NCBI GenBank assembly: GCA_021812345.1 | Contig: JAKANP010000003.1 | Location: 82 to 64,081 of the forward strand | From: a bacterium | GTDB taxonomy: Bacteria > Patescibacteriota > Minisyncoccia > UBA6257 > JAGOQP01 | Length of the DNA: 64,000 bases | Direction: 5' to 3' | Shown: positions 20,975 through 29,506 of the stretch, piece by piece | How positions within the stretch are numbered: the first letter of the stretch is position 1 | Layout of the letters: each line of letters opens with the position of its first letter | Translations under genes and position numbers: made by a program | The notes under the pieces: generated by a model | What the model was told of the DNA's origin: nothing | Seen by the model: only the letters and a program-made list of their open reading frames with translations | The model's database searches: none

Positions 20975-23900
20975 ATGAGTTCAACAGATTTTGATTATTT
21001 AAAACTTAAGGTTCCTTCCCCCGAGGAAATTTTAGCTCAATCTTACGGAGAGGTCACAAAGCCGGAAACTATAAATTACAGAACACAACGTCCTGAAAAA
21101 GACGGTCTTTTTTCCGAAAGAATTTTCGGTCCGACAAAAGATTACAGGTGTTATTGCGGAAAATTTAAGGGCATAAGATATAAAGGGACGATCTGTGATA
21201 AATGCGGAGTGGAAGTCACCCGCGCTATCGTGAGGAGAGAAAGAATGGGGCATATTAAATTGGCCGCTCCGGTTACTCATGTTTGGTTTTTAAAAACCGG
21301 AAATTCAAAATTGGGAATATTCTTTGATGTTCCGTCGCATAAACTCGAGAAAGTTGTTTATTATGCCGCTTACATAATCACTTCAATCAATGAGGAAAAA
21401 AGAAAAGAAATTTTGGAAAATCTCTCCGAAGAATTCAAAGAAAAGAAAAGAGGATTAAAAGACAAAGCTTCCGATCTAAAAGTGATTGAAGACTCGTTCA
21501 ATCACTCGAAAGATTTTTTGTCGTCAATAAAATTAGGATATGTTTTGGGAGAGTCCGATTATTTTGAGTTTGCCAGAAAATTTGGAGATGTTTTTGAAGC
21601 CGGAAGCGGAGCGGAGGCTTTGAGAAAGATTTTGGAAAAAGTCAATTTGAAAAAAGAAATTTCGGAAACAGAAAAACAACTTGACGCGATTTCTAAAAAG
21701 AAAAACAGTATTCATGAAAAAAAGATTTTGCAGAAATTAAAAATTTTGCATTCTTTTTATAAAAACGATATCAGGCCGGAATGGATGATAATGACGGTTC
21801 TTCCTGTTTTGCCTCCGGATTTAAGACCAATGGTTGCTTTGGACGGAGGACGTTATGCGAGCTCCGATTTAAACGATCTTTACAGGAGAGTTATAAATCG
21901 CAATAACCGTCTTCAAAAGTTGATGGAATTAAGAGCGCCGGAAATTATTATAACGAACGAAAAAAGAATGCTCCAAGAAGCGGTTGACGCTTTAATAGAT
22001 AACACTGCCCGATTGGGAAGACAACAGCTTTCCAGCCAAAACAGGCCGCTTAAATCTTTGGCGGATATATTAAAAGGAAAACAGGGAAGATTCAGACAAA
22101 ATCTTTTGGGAAAAAGAGTTGATTATTCGGCGCGTTCGGTAATTGTTGTCGGCCCCGACTTAAAACTTAATGAATGCGGTATCCCCAAGAAAATGGCATT
22201 GGAACTTTTTAAACCGTTTGTTATCAAAGAAATTTTGGAAAGAGGAATGGCTCATAACATAAAAAATGCCAACCGCTTGATAGAGCAGGGAATCCCGGAA
22301 GTTTGGGAAATATTGGAAGAAGTCATCACCAACAAATCTGTTTTGTTAAATCGCGCTCCTACATTGCACAGATTAAGTGTTCAAGCATTCAAACCGGTTT
22401 TAATTGAAGATTTAGCAATAAGAGTTCCTCCAATGGCTTGCGCCGCTTTCAATGCCGACTTTGACGGAGACCAAATGGCCGTTCATTTGCCGCTTTCAAA
22501 AGAAGCTCAAAATGAATCTTGGGATAGAATGCTTTCTTCAAAAAATATCATCAAGCCGTCCAACGGAGAGCCTAGCGCTACTCCCGCTCAAGACGTAGTT
22601 TTAGGAGTTTATTATCTGACTAAAATCTTGGGAGAAGTTCAAGACGAATCCAAAATGAAAATTTACAACGATAAAAATGAAGCGCTGAAAGCGTTGGAAT
22701 TTGGATATATAAAAATCAACGAACCAATCAAAGTAGGTTTTCTAAAATCGGAAATAACTTCCGCCGGAAGATTGATTTTTAATGAAATTCTTCCGAAAGA
22801 ATTTGGATTTATTAATTCCGTGGCAGATAAAAAATTTCTATCTAATTTGGTTTCAAAACATATCAGCTTGTTCGGCTCTGAAAATACTTGGGAATTTTTG
22901 GATAGAATAAAAAAATTAGGTCTTGAATACGCCGCTTTATCGGGAATAACGTGGAGTATGTATGATTTGAAAATTCCAAAAGAGAAAAACGAAATTGTTC
23001 AAAAAGCTTATAAAGACGTTGAAGAAATAAGAAAACAATACGAAAACGGATTTTTGGATTCTTTGGAGAAAAAAGTGAGAACCGTAAGAGTTTGGGAAAA
23101 AGTAAAAGATGAAATTGCCAAACTTGTTCCAGGAGCCCTTTCTGAAACCAACCCGATATTTTACATTATTGATTCTAAAGCCAAGGGATCATGGGAGCAG
23201 GCAGTTCAGACCACGGGAATGAAGGGATTAGTCGCTAATCCTCAAGGACAGACGATAGAGCTTCCGGTTGTTTCTTCTTATAAAGAAGGGCTTTCGGTTT
23301 TGGAATTTTTTATAAACACTCACGGATTAAGAAAGGGATTAACCGATACCGCTTTAAAAACCGCTCAAGCGGGATATTTAACCAGAAGAATGGTTGACGT
23401 TTCTCAAGACATAATTATAGACAGCAAGGATTGTAAGACCAAAGAAGGTAGAACGATAGACAGAGAAAGCGGAGATAAATACGGATATAATTTTGCTCAA
23501 AGAATTTTTGGCAGAGTTTTGGCTCAAGATGTAAAAGAAGGAAATAAAATTATTGCTTCATCCGGAGAGGATATAACCAAAGAACTCGCCGAAAAAATAT
23601 TCAATTCTTCCGCCGATAAAGTTGTTGTCCGTTCTCCTATAACCTGCAAATCTCTTCATGGTGTTTGCGCCAAATGTTACGGACTTGATTTAGGACGCCT
23701 TGAAGAAGTTAAAGAAGGAGAAGCGGTGGGAATTATTGCCGCTCAATCAATAGGAGAGCCGGGAACTCAGCTTACTTTAAGAACTTTCCATACCGGAGGA
23801 GTTGCCGGCCAGGATATAACTTTGGGACTGCCCAGAATCGAGGAAGTTTTCGAGGCGCGTCCTCCCAAAGGAAGAGCGGCTCTCGCCGAAGAAGATGGAA

Positions 23901-24577
23901 TTGTTCAAGATATAGAAGAAACCATGTTTTTAAGATCTATTAAAGTAAAAGTCCATGGAAAAACATCTTCAAAATCAAAATCCAAATCAAAAATAAAAGA
24001 ATATTCCGCTCCAAGGAATGTTAGTTTATTTGTTAATATTGGAGATAAAGTTAAAAAAGGACAACAATTATTCGAAGGAAACTTGGATATAAAAGAACTT
24101 TTTAAATTGAGAGGAATGGAAGAGGCTCAGAAATATATCATCAATGAAGTTCAAAAAATATATATTTCCAACGGAAATGTCATTAATGACAAACACATCG
24201 AATTGATTGTAAGACAAATGTTTGCCAGAGTAACAATTAAAGAATCGGGAGATACGGATCTTGTCCCGGGACAAGTAATTGAAAAAGGAAGATTCTTGGA
24301 GATTAACAGACGAATGAAGGGTGAGGGGAAGAGTCCCGCTAAGGCAAAGCAGCTTTTAATGGGAATAACCCGATCCGCTTTATCAACCGATAGTTTTCTT
24401 TCAGCCGCTTCTTTCCAGGAAACCGCCAGAGTGTTGGTTAATGCCGCTACCGAAGCCAAAGTTGATAGAATAAGAGGACTAAAAGAAAATGTTATTATCG
24501 GAAAACTAATCCCTGCCGGAACCGGATATGTCAATAATCAAAAAATGAAAGATTCGGAAAAAAACGATGAAGAATGA
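20975..24577 (+). CDS. rpoC: DNA-directed RNA polymerase subunit beta'
   Basis: 1200 aa; N-terminal Zn motif CYCGKF...CDKCGVEV; catalytic NADFDGDQMAVH. Confidence 0.97.
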   Translation: MSSTDFDYLKLKVPSPEEILAQSYGEVTKPETINYRTQRPEKDGLFSERIFGPTKDYRCYCGKFKGIRYKGTICDKCGVEVTRAIVRRERMGHIKLAAPVTHVWFLKTGNSKLGIFFDVPSHKLEKVVYYAAYIITSINEEKRKEILENLSEEFKEKKRGLKDKASDLKVIEDSFNHSKDFLSSIKLGYVLGESDYFEFARKFGDVFEAGSGAEALRKILEKVNLKKEISETEKQLDAISKKKNSIHEKKILQKLKILHSFYKNDIRPEWMIMTVLPVLPPDLRPMVALDGGRYASSDLNDLYRRVINRNNRLQKLMELRAPEIIITNEKRMLQEAVDALIDNTARLGRQQLSSQNRPLKSLADILKGKQGRFRQNLLGKRVDYSARSVIVVGPDLKLNECGIPKKMALELFKPFVIKEILERGMAHNIKNANRLIEQGIPEVWEILEEVITNKSVLLNRAPTLHRLSVQAFKPVLIEDLAIRVPPMACAAFNADFDGDQMAVHLPLSKEAQNESWDRMLSSKNIIKPSNGEPSATPAQDVVLGVYYLTKILGEVQDESKMKIYNDKNEALKALEFGYIKINEPIKVGFLKSEITSAGRLIFNEILPKEFGFINSVADKKFLSNLVSKHISLFGSENTWEFLDRIKKLGLEYAALSGITWSMYDLKIPKEKNEIVQKAYKDVEEIRKQYENGFLDSLEKKVRTVRVWEKVKDEIAKLVPGALSETNPIFYIIDSKAKGSWEQAVQTTGMKGLVANPQGQTIELPVVSSYKEGLSVLEFFINTHGLRKGLTDTALKTAQAGYLTRRMVDVSQDIIIDSKDCKTKEGRTIDRESGDKYGYNFAQRIFGRVLAQDVKEGNKIIASSGEDITKELAEKIFNSSADKVVVRSPITCKSLHGVCAKCYGLDLGRLEEVKEGEAVGIIAAQSIGEPGTQLTLRTFHTGGVAGQDITLGLPRIEEVFEARPPKGRAALAEEDGIVQDIEETMFLRSIKVKVHGKTSSKSKSKSKIKEYSAPRNVSLFVNIGDKVKKGQQLFEGNLDIKELFKLRGMEEAQKYIINEVQKIYISNGNVINDKHIELIVRQMFARVTIKESGDTDLVPGQVIEKGRFLEINRRMKGEGKSPAKAKQLLMGITRSALSTDSFLSAASFQETARVLVNAATEAKVDRIRGLKENVIIGKLIPAGTGYVNNQKMKDSEKNDEE

Positions 24578-24643
24578 TAAATCCATTATTTAACTTGCAA
24601 ATCCGATAAAATCCGTGCTATTGTATAAAAAATTTAAAACACA

Positions 24644-25057
24644 ATGAAAGAAGAAAAAAACAAAAAAGAATACGAATTGTCTTTTTGGCTCAAAGAAGGG
24701 GCTCCTTTAAACAAGGTTGAATCAATGTTAAATACAACCGGAGTCAAAATAACCTACAATTCCGAGGCAAAAAGAAGCCGTCTTTCTTATCCAATCAAAA
24801 AAGAGACCGAGGGCTATTTCGGATTTATTCATTTTAATGGAGATGAACAAGATACCAAATTAATCGCCCATGAATTGAAAGTTGATCCGGAGGTTTTAAG
24901 GTTTTTAATCTCTAAAAATCCCATAAAAAAATCGGAGCCAAGAGATATAAGAAGACAAATTCCCGAAGCAAAATTCATTCAAAAAATTGAAGAGAAGCCG
25001 TCGGATCTTGTAACCAATGAAGAATTGGAAAGAAAATTGGAAGAAATATTAAAATAA
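24644..25057 (+). CDS. rpsF: 30S ribosomal protein S6
   Basis: YELSFWL...RLSYPI...GYFGFIHF parallels bS6; upstream of ssb-rpsR in the conserved operon. Confidence 0.75.
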   Translation: MKEEKNKKEYELSFWLKEGAPLNKVESMLNTTGVKITYNSEAKRSRLSYPIKKETEGYFGFIHFNGDEQDTKLIAHELKVDPEVLRFLISKNPIKKSEPRDIRRQIPEAKFIQKIEEKPSDLVTNEELERKLEEILK

Positions 25058-25101
25058 AAAGTCGGCACAATATTTAATTCTTCGTTTTTTAAATTTAATT
25101 T

Positions 25102-25581
25102 ATGAATTTAAACAAAGTATTCATTATCGGAAGAATAACAAACGATATCGTTTTGAAAGCAACCAGCACTAATCAAGCGGTAACCAGTTTTAATGTGGCG
25201 ACTAACAGAGTTTGGACTGATAAATCCGGACAGAAACAGGAAGAAGCCGAATTTCACTCCGTGGTTGTTTGGGGAAGACAAGCGGAATTGGCGAGCCAAT
25301 TCCTTTCAAAAGGAAGCTTAGTGCTTATTGAAGGAAGATTAAAGACAAGAAGTTGGAAGGATACCAATAATCAGAACCATAAGGTAACAGAAATAATTTG
25401 CGAAAGAATGCAATTTGGTCCCAAATCACAAAATTCCGGATCAAATTCTTTCCGTCAGCAATCCGCTTCTTATGGCAAATCCAGCGTTAAAGAGGTTGAA
25501 ACTCAGGATGAAGAGATCCCTCAAATTTCAATGGATGAATCTCTTGAAGATGAAATAAAGCCCGAAGATCTTCCTTTTTAG
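25102..25581 (+). CDS. ssb: Single-stranded DNA-binding protein
   Basis: OB-fold N-terminus (VFIIGRITNDIVLK..., FHSVVVWGRQAE), acidic tail ending EDLPF. Confidence 0.9.
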   Translation: MNLNKVFIIGRITNDIVLKATSTNQAVTSFNVATNRVWTDKSGQKQEEAEFHSVVVWGRQAELASQFLSKGSLVLIEGRLKTRSWKDTNNQNHKVTEIICERMQFGPKSQNSGSNSFRQQSASYGKSSVKEVETQDEEIPQISMDESLEDEIKPEDLPF

Positions 25582-25602
25582 AATTAATTTTAAAAATATT
25601 TT

Positions 25603-25803
25603 ATGAAACAATGTTATTTTTGTTCGCAAAATTTAAAAGATGTTGATTTTAAAGATAGCGCTTTGTTGAGACGCTTTATTTCTTCTCAAGGGAAAATTAT
25701 TGATCCTCAGCATACCAACACCTGCGCTAAACATCAGAGAAAATTGGCTAAAGCCATAAAACGCGCCCGAAATATGGGGGTAGTTTCAGCGGTTAGAAAA
25801 TAA
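25603..25803 (+). CDS. rpsR: 30S ribosomal protein S18
   Basis: CYFC...DFKDSALLRRFIS..GKI, 66 aa. Confidence 0.9.
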   Translation: MKQCYFCSQNLKDVDFKDSALLRRFISSQGKIIDPQHTNTCAKHQRKLAKAIKRARNMGVVSAVRK

Positions 25804-25851
25804 ATTGATATTTTTTGAAGAGTTTTTTTGTTTTTTAATTAAATATTTTTT

Positions 25852-26436
25852 ATGTTTTCGCTTGATATTTCTCTTTTTTATTTTTTATTCAATCTTGGCC
25901 AAAGCTTAAAAATTAATTGGCTTTTTATTTTTTTTGCGTCTTATCTTCCGTATTTTATAGGATTTGCATTTTTGTATTTGATTTATAAAACAAAAGACGT
26001 TAAGAAAAAGCTTTATTATTTCAGTTTTGCCGTTTTGACTTCAATTTTAAGTCTTGCATTGATTACTCAAACCATAAGATTTTTTTTCCATCATCTCAGA
26101 CCGTTTATTGCTTTAAATCTAACTCCCATGATTGTTGATAATTCATGGTCGTTTCCTTCCGGACATTCGGCCTTCTTTTTTGCCGTCGCTTTTTCAACAT
26201 TTTTAATCAGTAAAAAATGGGGGTGGATTTTGACCGGCTCCACGATTATCGTTGTTATTTCAAGAATCATTGTCGGTGTTCATTGGCCTTCCGATATTTT
26301 GGGTGGGGCAATTGTTGCTTATATTTCATTTGCTGTCTTTTATTATTGGCTTCTGCCACCTCAGAAAATTATTTTTTCTTCCGAAAATAAAGAGAAAGAC
26401 AACTCAAAAGACCTGGCTTTAATCCAAGAAAAATAA
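25852..26436 (+). CDS. PAP2-family phosphatase (undecaprenyl-diphosphatase-like)
   Basis: PSGHS and SRIIVGVHWPSD acid-phosphatase motifs, about 6 TM helices. Confidence 0.75.
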   Translation: MFSLDISLFYFLFNLGQSLKINWLFIFFASYLPYFIGFAFLYLIYKTKDVKKKLYYFSFAVLTSILSLALITQTIRFFFHHLRPFIALNLTPMIVDNSWSFPSGHSAFFFAVAFSTFLISKKWGWILTGSTIIVVISRIIVGVHWPSDILGGAIVAYISFAVFYYWLLPPQKIIFSSENKEKDNSKDLALIQEK

Positions 26437-26465
26437 AACATCTTATGCAAGATGTTTTATTTTTG
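26435..26465. terminator. Bidirectional rho-independent terminator between PAP2 gene and RyR gene
   Basis: Stem aaaacatctt/aagatgtttt followed by a T-run. Confidence 0.6.
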
Positions 26466-26551
26466 AAATGTAAAAAAGAAACTAAAAAAAAGAAACTAAA
26501 AAATATAAAACTAATTCTTTTAAGACCAATTAATTAGCAAAAAATAAATTT

Positions 26552-27106
26552 TTATTCTTTTTTGTTACAAACCTCAATTGCTTTTCGGATAATAACCCTG
26601 TCTTTTTCTTTTTCCTCTTCAGAAAGTTCGGCATAAGGCTTGTTTTGTTCTGCTGGAGCCCAACTTCCATTTCTCTCCAACCATTTGTCATGAAGCGTAG
26701 AGCTGGCGGCTTCGATAAATAATTCGTCGAGTAGTGTGCCGGCCTCAATGGCTTTTTCAACTTCAGTTACTGCAATTTCAGCAGAAATTTTATTTTCTCC
26801 CTGCCATTCGCTTGGTAAACCCTCGTAAGGAGTGTTGGCAATGTCAACTTCTACCGCCCCACCATGAACTTGTGACCATGCTTTATCTTTTGTCTTTTTT
26901 ATTCTCGGTTCATAATCTTTTGACTCTTCTCTCCAGCGAGGTTTACGCCACTCTTCATGAAGTTGGCTACCGAGGATAGCAATTCTTTCAGCTGTTTTAT
27001 TAAATTTTTCCTCCCTTTGTTTGCTTGCCTCTCTTTGTTCATCGGTCATCATCTCTTCGGCTTTTGTCAATTCTTCCGATGACGGATTGTATTTTTCCAT
27101 GGACAT
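26552..27106 (-). CDS. Tandem RyR-domain protein
   Basis: Two repeats fitting bacterial RyR domain pattern (LHEEWRKPRW...NTPYEGLPSEW and LHDKWLERNGSWAPAEQNKPYAELSEEEKEKDR). Confidence 0.5.
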   Translation of the reverse strand: MSMEKYNPSSEELTKAEEMMTDEQREASKQREEKFNKTAERIAILGSQLHEEWRKPRWREESKDYEPRIKKTKDKAWSQVHGGAVEVDIANTPYEGLPSEWQGENKISAEIAVTEVEKAIEAGTLLDELFIEAASSTLHDKWLERNGSWAPAEQNKPYAELSEEEKEKDRVIIRKAIEVCNKKE

Positions 27107-27225
27107 ATTTTTCTTTCTTAATAATTAACTTGTCAATTTTTATAGAAAGTTGACTAGACTTTATATAAATTTATTTGCGCCGTTGATTTATTTTTTTCTC
27201 CAAAACTATTTAATTTTTCTTACAT

Positions 27226-27245
27226 GGTGCCCGGGGAGAGACTCG
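27226..27245 (-). other. 19-nt duplicate of the tRNA-Leu(CAA) 3' end (CGAGTCTCTCCCCGGGCAC)
   Basis: Exact 19-mer match to nt 27380-27398 in same orientation, 133 nt downstream of the intact tRNA; here followed by an encoded CCA. Confidence 0.8.
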
Positions 27246-27378
27246 CCTACAAATCCTCCCTCGTCAGTCACTCGGTCGGCTCGCAGGCCACCCCTCGTCC
27301 CGACTTATCGGGACTGCGGTCTTCAAGTCCTCCACGCAAGCAGAGCGGTCTGCTTGCTCCAGTCACTAACTTCGTTAG

Positions 27379-27462
27379 TGCCCGGGGAGAGACTCGAACT
27401 CTCAAGACCTTGCGATCACAGGATTTTGAGTCCTGCGTGTCTACCAGTTCCACCACCCGGGC
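27379..27462 (-). tRNA. tRNA-Leu(CAA)
   Basis: Reverse complement gives GCCCGGGTGGTGGAACTGGTAGACACGCAGGACTCAAAATCCTG...GAGAGTTCGAGTCTCTCCCCGGGCA; 7-bp acceptor, anticodon loop CTCAAAA, long variable arm, 84 nt. Confidence 0.85.
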
Positions 27463-27506
27463 ATATTTAAGCTATCTATTATTTTTTATTATTAACAATG
27501 AGCGAA

Positions 27507-27556
27507 GTCAAGGCGGGCGGGAGTCCTGCGCGTCTGCCAATTCCGCCACCCCGGCT
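27507..27556 (-). other. 5' fragment of a tRNA-Leu-like gene (truncated pseudo-tRNA)
   Basis: Reverse complement GCCGGGGTGGCGGAATTGGCAGACGCGCAGGACT matches acceptor/D-arm/anticodon-stem of tRNA-Leu, then diverges. Confidence 0.55.
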
Positions 27557-27625
27557 TTTTTCTTAATTTGTAAATTGATAATACCTCGTTTTTTGGCTAT
27601 AATCAACTTGTTAAATATAAAATTT

Positions 27626-28438
27626 ATGACTCGAGTTATCGCTGTTTGTAATCAAAAAGGTGGAGTCGGAAAAACAACAACCTCAATAAATCTTGGCGGT
27701 TATTTAGCGGCTTTGGGAAAAAAAGTTTTAATTATTGATTTTGATCCGCAAGGAAACGCATCTTCGGGATTGGGATTTTCTCCAAGATTTTTAAAAGAAA
27801 GTGTTTACCATGCCTTGTTCGGATATGCTCATCATGAATCGGTTATAAAACAATCTTCTTTAATAAATCTTCACGTGATGCCGGCAAGTCCGGATTTGGC
27901 AGGAGCGCTGGTGGAGCTGGTTGATGTTCCGGAAAGAGAATTTGTTTTAAAAAAATTAATCAATCGTTTGCGTCATGATTATCACTACATACTCATAGAT
28001 CTTCCGCCCAGCTTGAGTTTACTGACTGTTAACGGATTAGTTGCTTCCGATGAGGTTCTAGTGCCTATTCAAGCCGAATATTACAGCTTGGAGGGCTTGG
28101 GACAGCTTTTGGAAACGATAGAAATGATAAATAAGAATTTAATGACCGATATAAAAGTAACCGGAGCCATAATTACCATGTTTAATAAAAGAGAAACCTT
28201 AAGCCGAGAAGTTGCCCGTGATGTGAGGCGTCATTTTCCTTATCATGTTTTTCAAGTTGAAATTCCTCGTTCAATTTCTCTGGCTGAAAGTCCGAGTTTT
28301 TCAAAGCCGGTTATTCTTTATGATCCGTCTTCTCCCGGAGCCAGAGCTTATGAAACGTTGGCAAGAGAAGTTATCGCTCAAGAAAAAAATGAATACGGCG
28401 CGATGTTGAATAGCGGATTTGGAAGCGTTATTATGTGA
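27626..28438 (+). CDS. parA: Chromosome partitioning ATPase ParA/Soj
   Basis: MTRVIAVCNQKGGVGKTTTSINLG deviant Walker A; start at internal ATG 27626 (upstream part of the long ORF overlaps the tRNA region). Confidence 0.9.
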   Translation: MTRVIAVCNQKGGVGKTTTSINLGGYLAALGKKVLIIDFDPQGNASSGLGFSPRFLKESVYHALFGYAHHESVIKQSSLINLHVMPASPDLAGALVELVDVPEREFVLKKLINRLRHDYHYILIDLPPSLSLLTVNGLVASDEVLVPIQAEYYSLEGLGQLLETIEMINKNLMTDIKVTGAIITMFNKRETLSREVARDVRRHFPYHVFQVEIPRSISLAESPSFSKPVILYDPSSPGARAYETLAREVIAQEKNEYGAMLNSGFGSVIM

Positions 28439-28471
28439 GTGCTGGATATTTGTTAAATTTATTTTTAATTT

Positions 28472-29479
28472 ATGTTAGGAAAAGGACTAGAATCTTTAAT
28501 TCCAAAGAAAAATTCATCCTCCGGCCAGTTTTCCGGAGATGATTTTCAGAATGGAGGTTTTGCAGGTGATGATAAAAAATCTTCATCGGATTTAAATTTA
28601 AAAAAAGAAAACCAATTATCTCAAGAGCAGACAAATAATTCTATCAGTAATGAGCCAAAAATATCGGGTCCGATTTTTTATATTGAAGTCGATAAAATAA
28701 TTTTGAATCCATATCAACCGAGAAAAGAATTTGATCAGGAAGCATTAAAAGAACTTTCTATTTCAATCAGAGAATTTGGCATACTTCAACCCTTAGTGGT
28801 GTCAAAAATTGAAGAAGAAACTGAAACTGGAACGAAAGTTTCCTATCAATTAATTGCCGGTCAAAGAAGGCTTATGGCTTCAAAAATCGCCGGACTAAAA
28901 ACCGTTCCCGTTGTTATCAGAAATGCTCTTAAAAAAACCGAAGCCTTGGAAATGGCGATAGTGGAAAACATTCAACGCGCCGATTTAAACACCATAGAAA
29001 CCGCCCGCGCCTACTCGCGACTGTCGGATGAGTTTGGGTTGACTCAAAGAGAAATTGCCGCTCGTCTTGGAAAGAGTAGGGAAGTTATTGCTAATGCTTT
29101 GCGTCTTTTATCCTTACCGACGGAGATCCAAGAGGCGATTTCAAAAGGAAAAATAAACGAAAGCCATGCGCGTCTGCTTTTGCAAGTAGAAGAGCCGGAT
29201 AAACAAATGGATATTTTTAATAAAATTATCAATGATAATTTGGGAGTTCGCGACATTCGTTTGCATATTAAGCAAAATAAAGGAATTGATTCCAAAGAAA
29301 AATCAATAACAGCCGAAGATTTGGAATTAAAACGTCTCGAAAAAGACCTTTCCGAATTTTTAGGCGCTCCAGTTAATGTGGAATTTTCCCGGGCAGGAGG
29401 GAAAATAGTGATTCATTTCTATTCTCCTGAAGAAGCCAAAGGAATTGCCAATAAAATAAAACCTGAAGATTTAATTTAA
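28472..29479 (+). CDS. parB: Chromosome partitioning protein ParB/Spo0J
   Basis: ParB box GQRRLMASKIAGLKTVPVVIRN, HTH, N-terminal low-complexity extension. Confidence 0.85.
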   Translation: MLGKGLESLIPKKNSSSGQFSGDDFQNGGFAGDDKKSSSDLNLKKENQLSQEQTNNSISNEPKISGPIFYIEVDKIILNPYQPRKEFDQEALKELSISIREFGILQPLVVSKIEEETETGTKVSYQLIAGQRRLMASKIAGLKTVPVVIRNALKKTEALEMAIVENIQRADLNTIETARAYSRLSDEFGLTQREIAARLGKSREVIANALRLLSLPTEIQEAISKGKINESHARLLLQVEEPDKQMDIFNKIINDNLGVRDIRLHIKQNKGIDSKEKSITAEDLELKRLEKDLSEFLGAPVNVEFSRAGGKIVIHFYSPEEAKGIANKIKPEDLI

Positions 29480-29506
29480 AAAAACCGGCTTTATGATGCC
29501 GGTTTT

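Noticed and set aside
27246-27378. GC-rich 133-nt spacer as a second complete tRNA (e.g. tRNA-Sec or a split tRNA)
   Set aside because: A cloverleaf could not be built: no 5' acceptor strand pairing with CCCGGGC, and no 7-nt anticodon loop or T-loop consensus. Kept only as a possible structured RNA or integration scar.
27150-27470. ORFs 27150-27470(+), 27268-27456(-) and the 5' 400 nt of the long ORF 27224-28438
   Set aside because: They run through tRNA-Leu(CAA) and its GC-rich flank (ELVDTQDSKS-type translations are characteristic of tRNA sequence). ParA starts at the internal ATG 27626.
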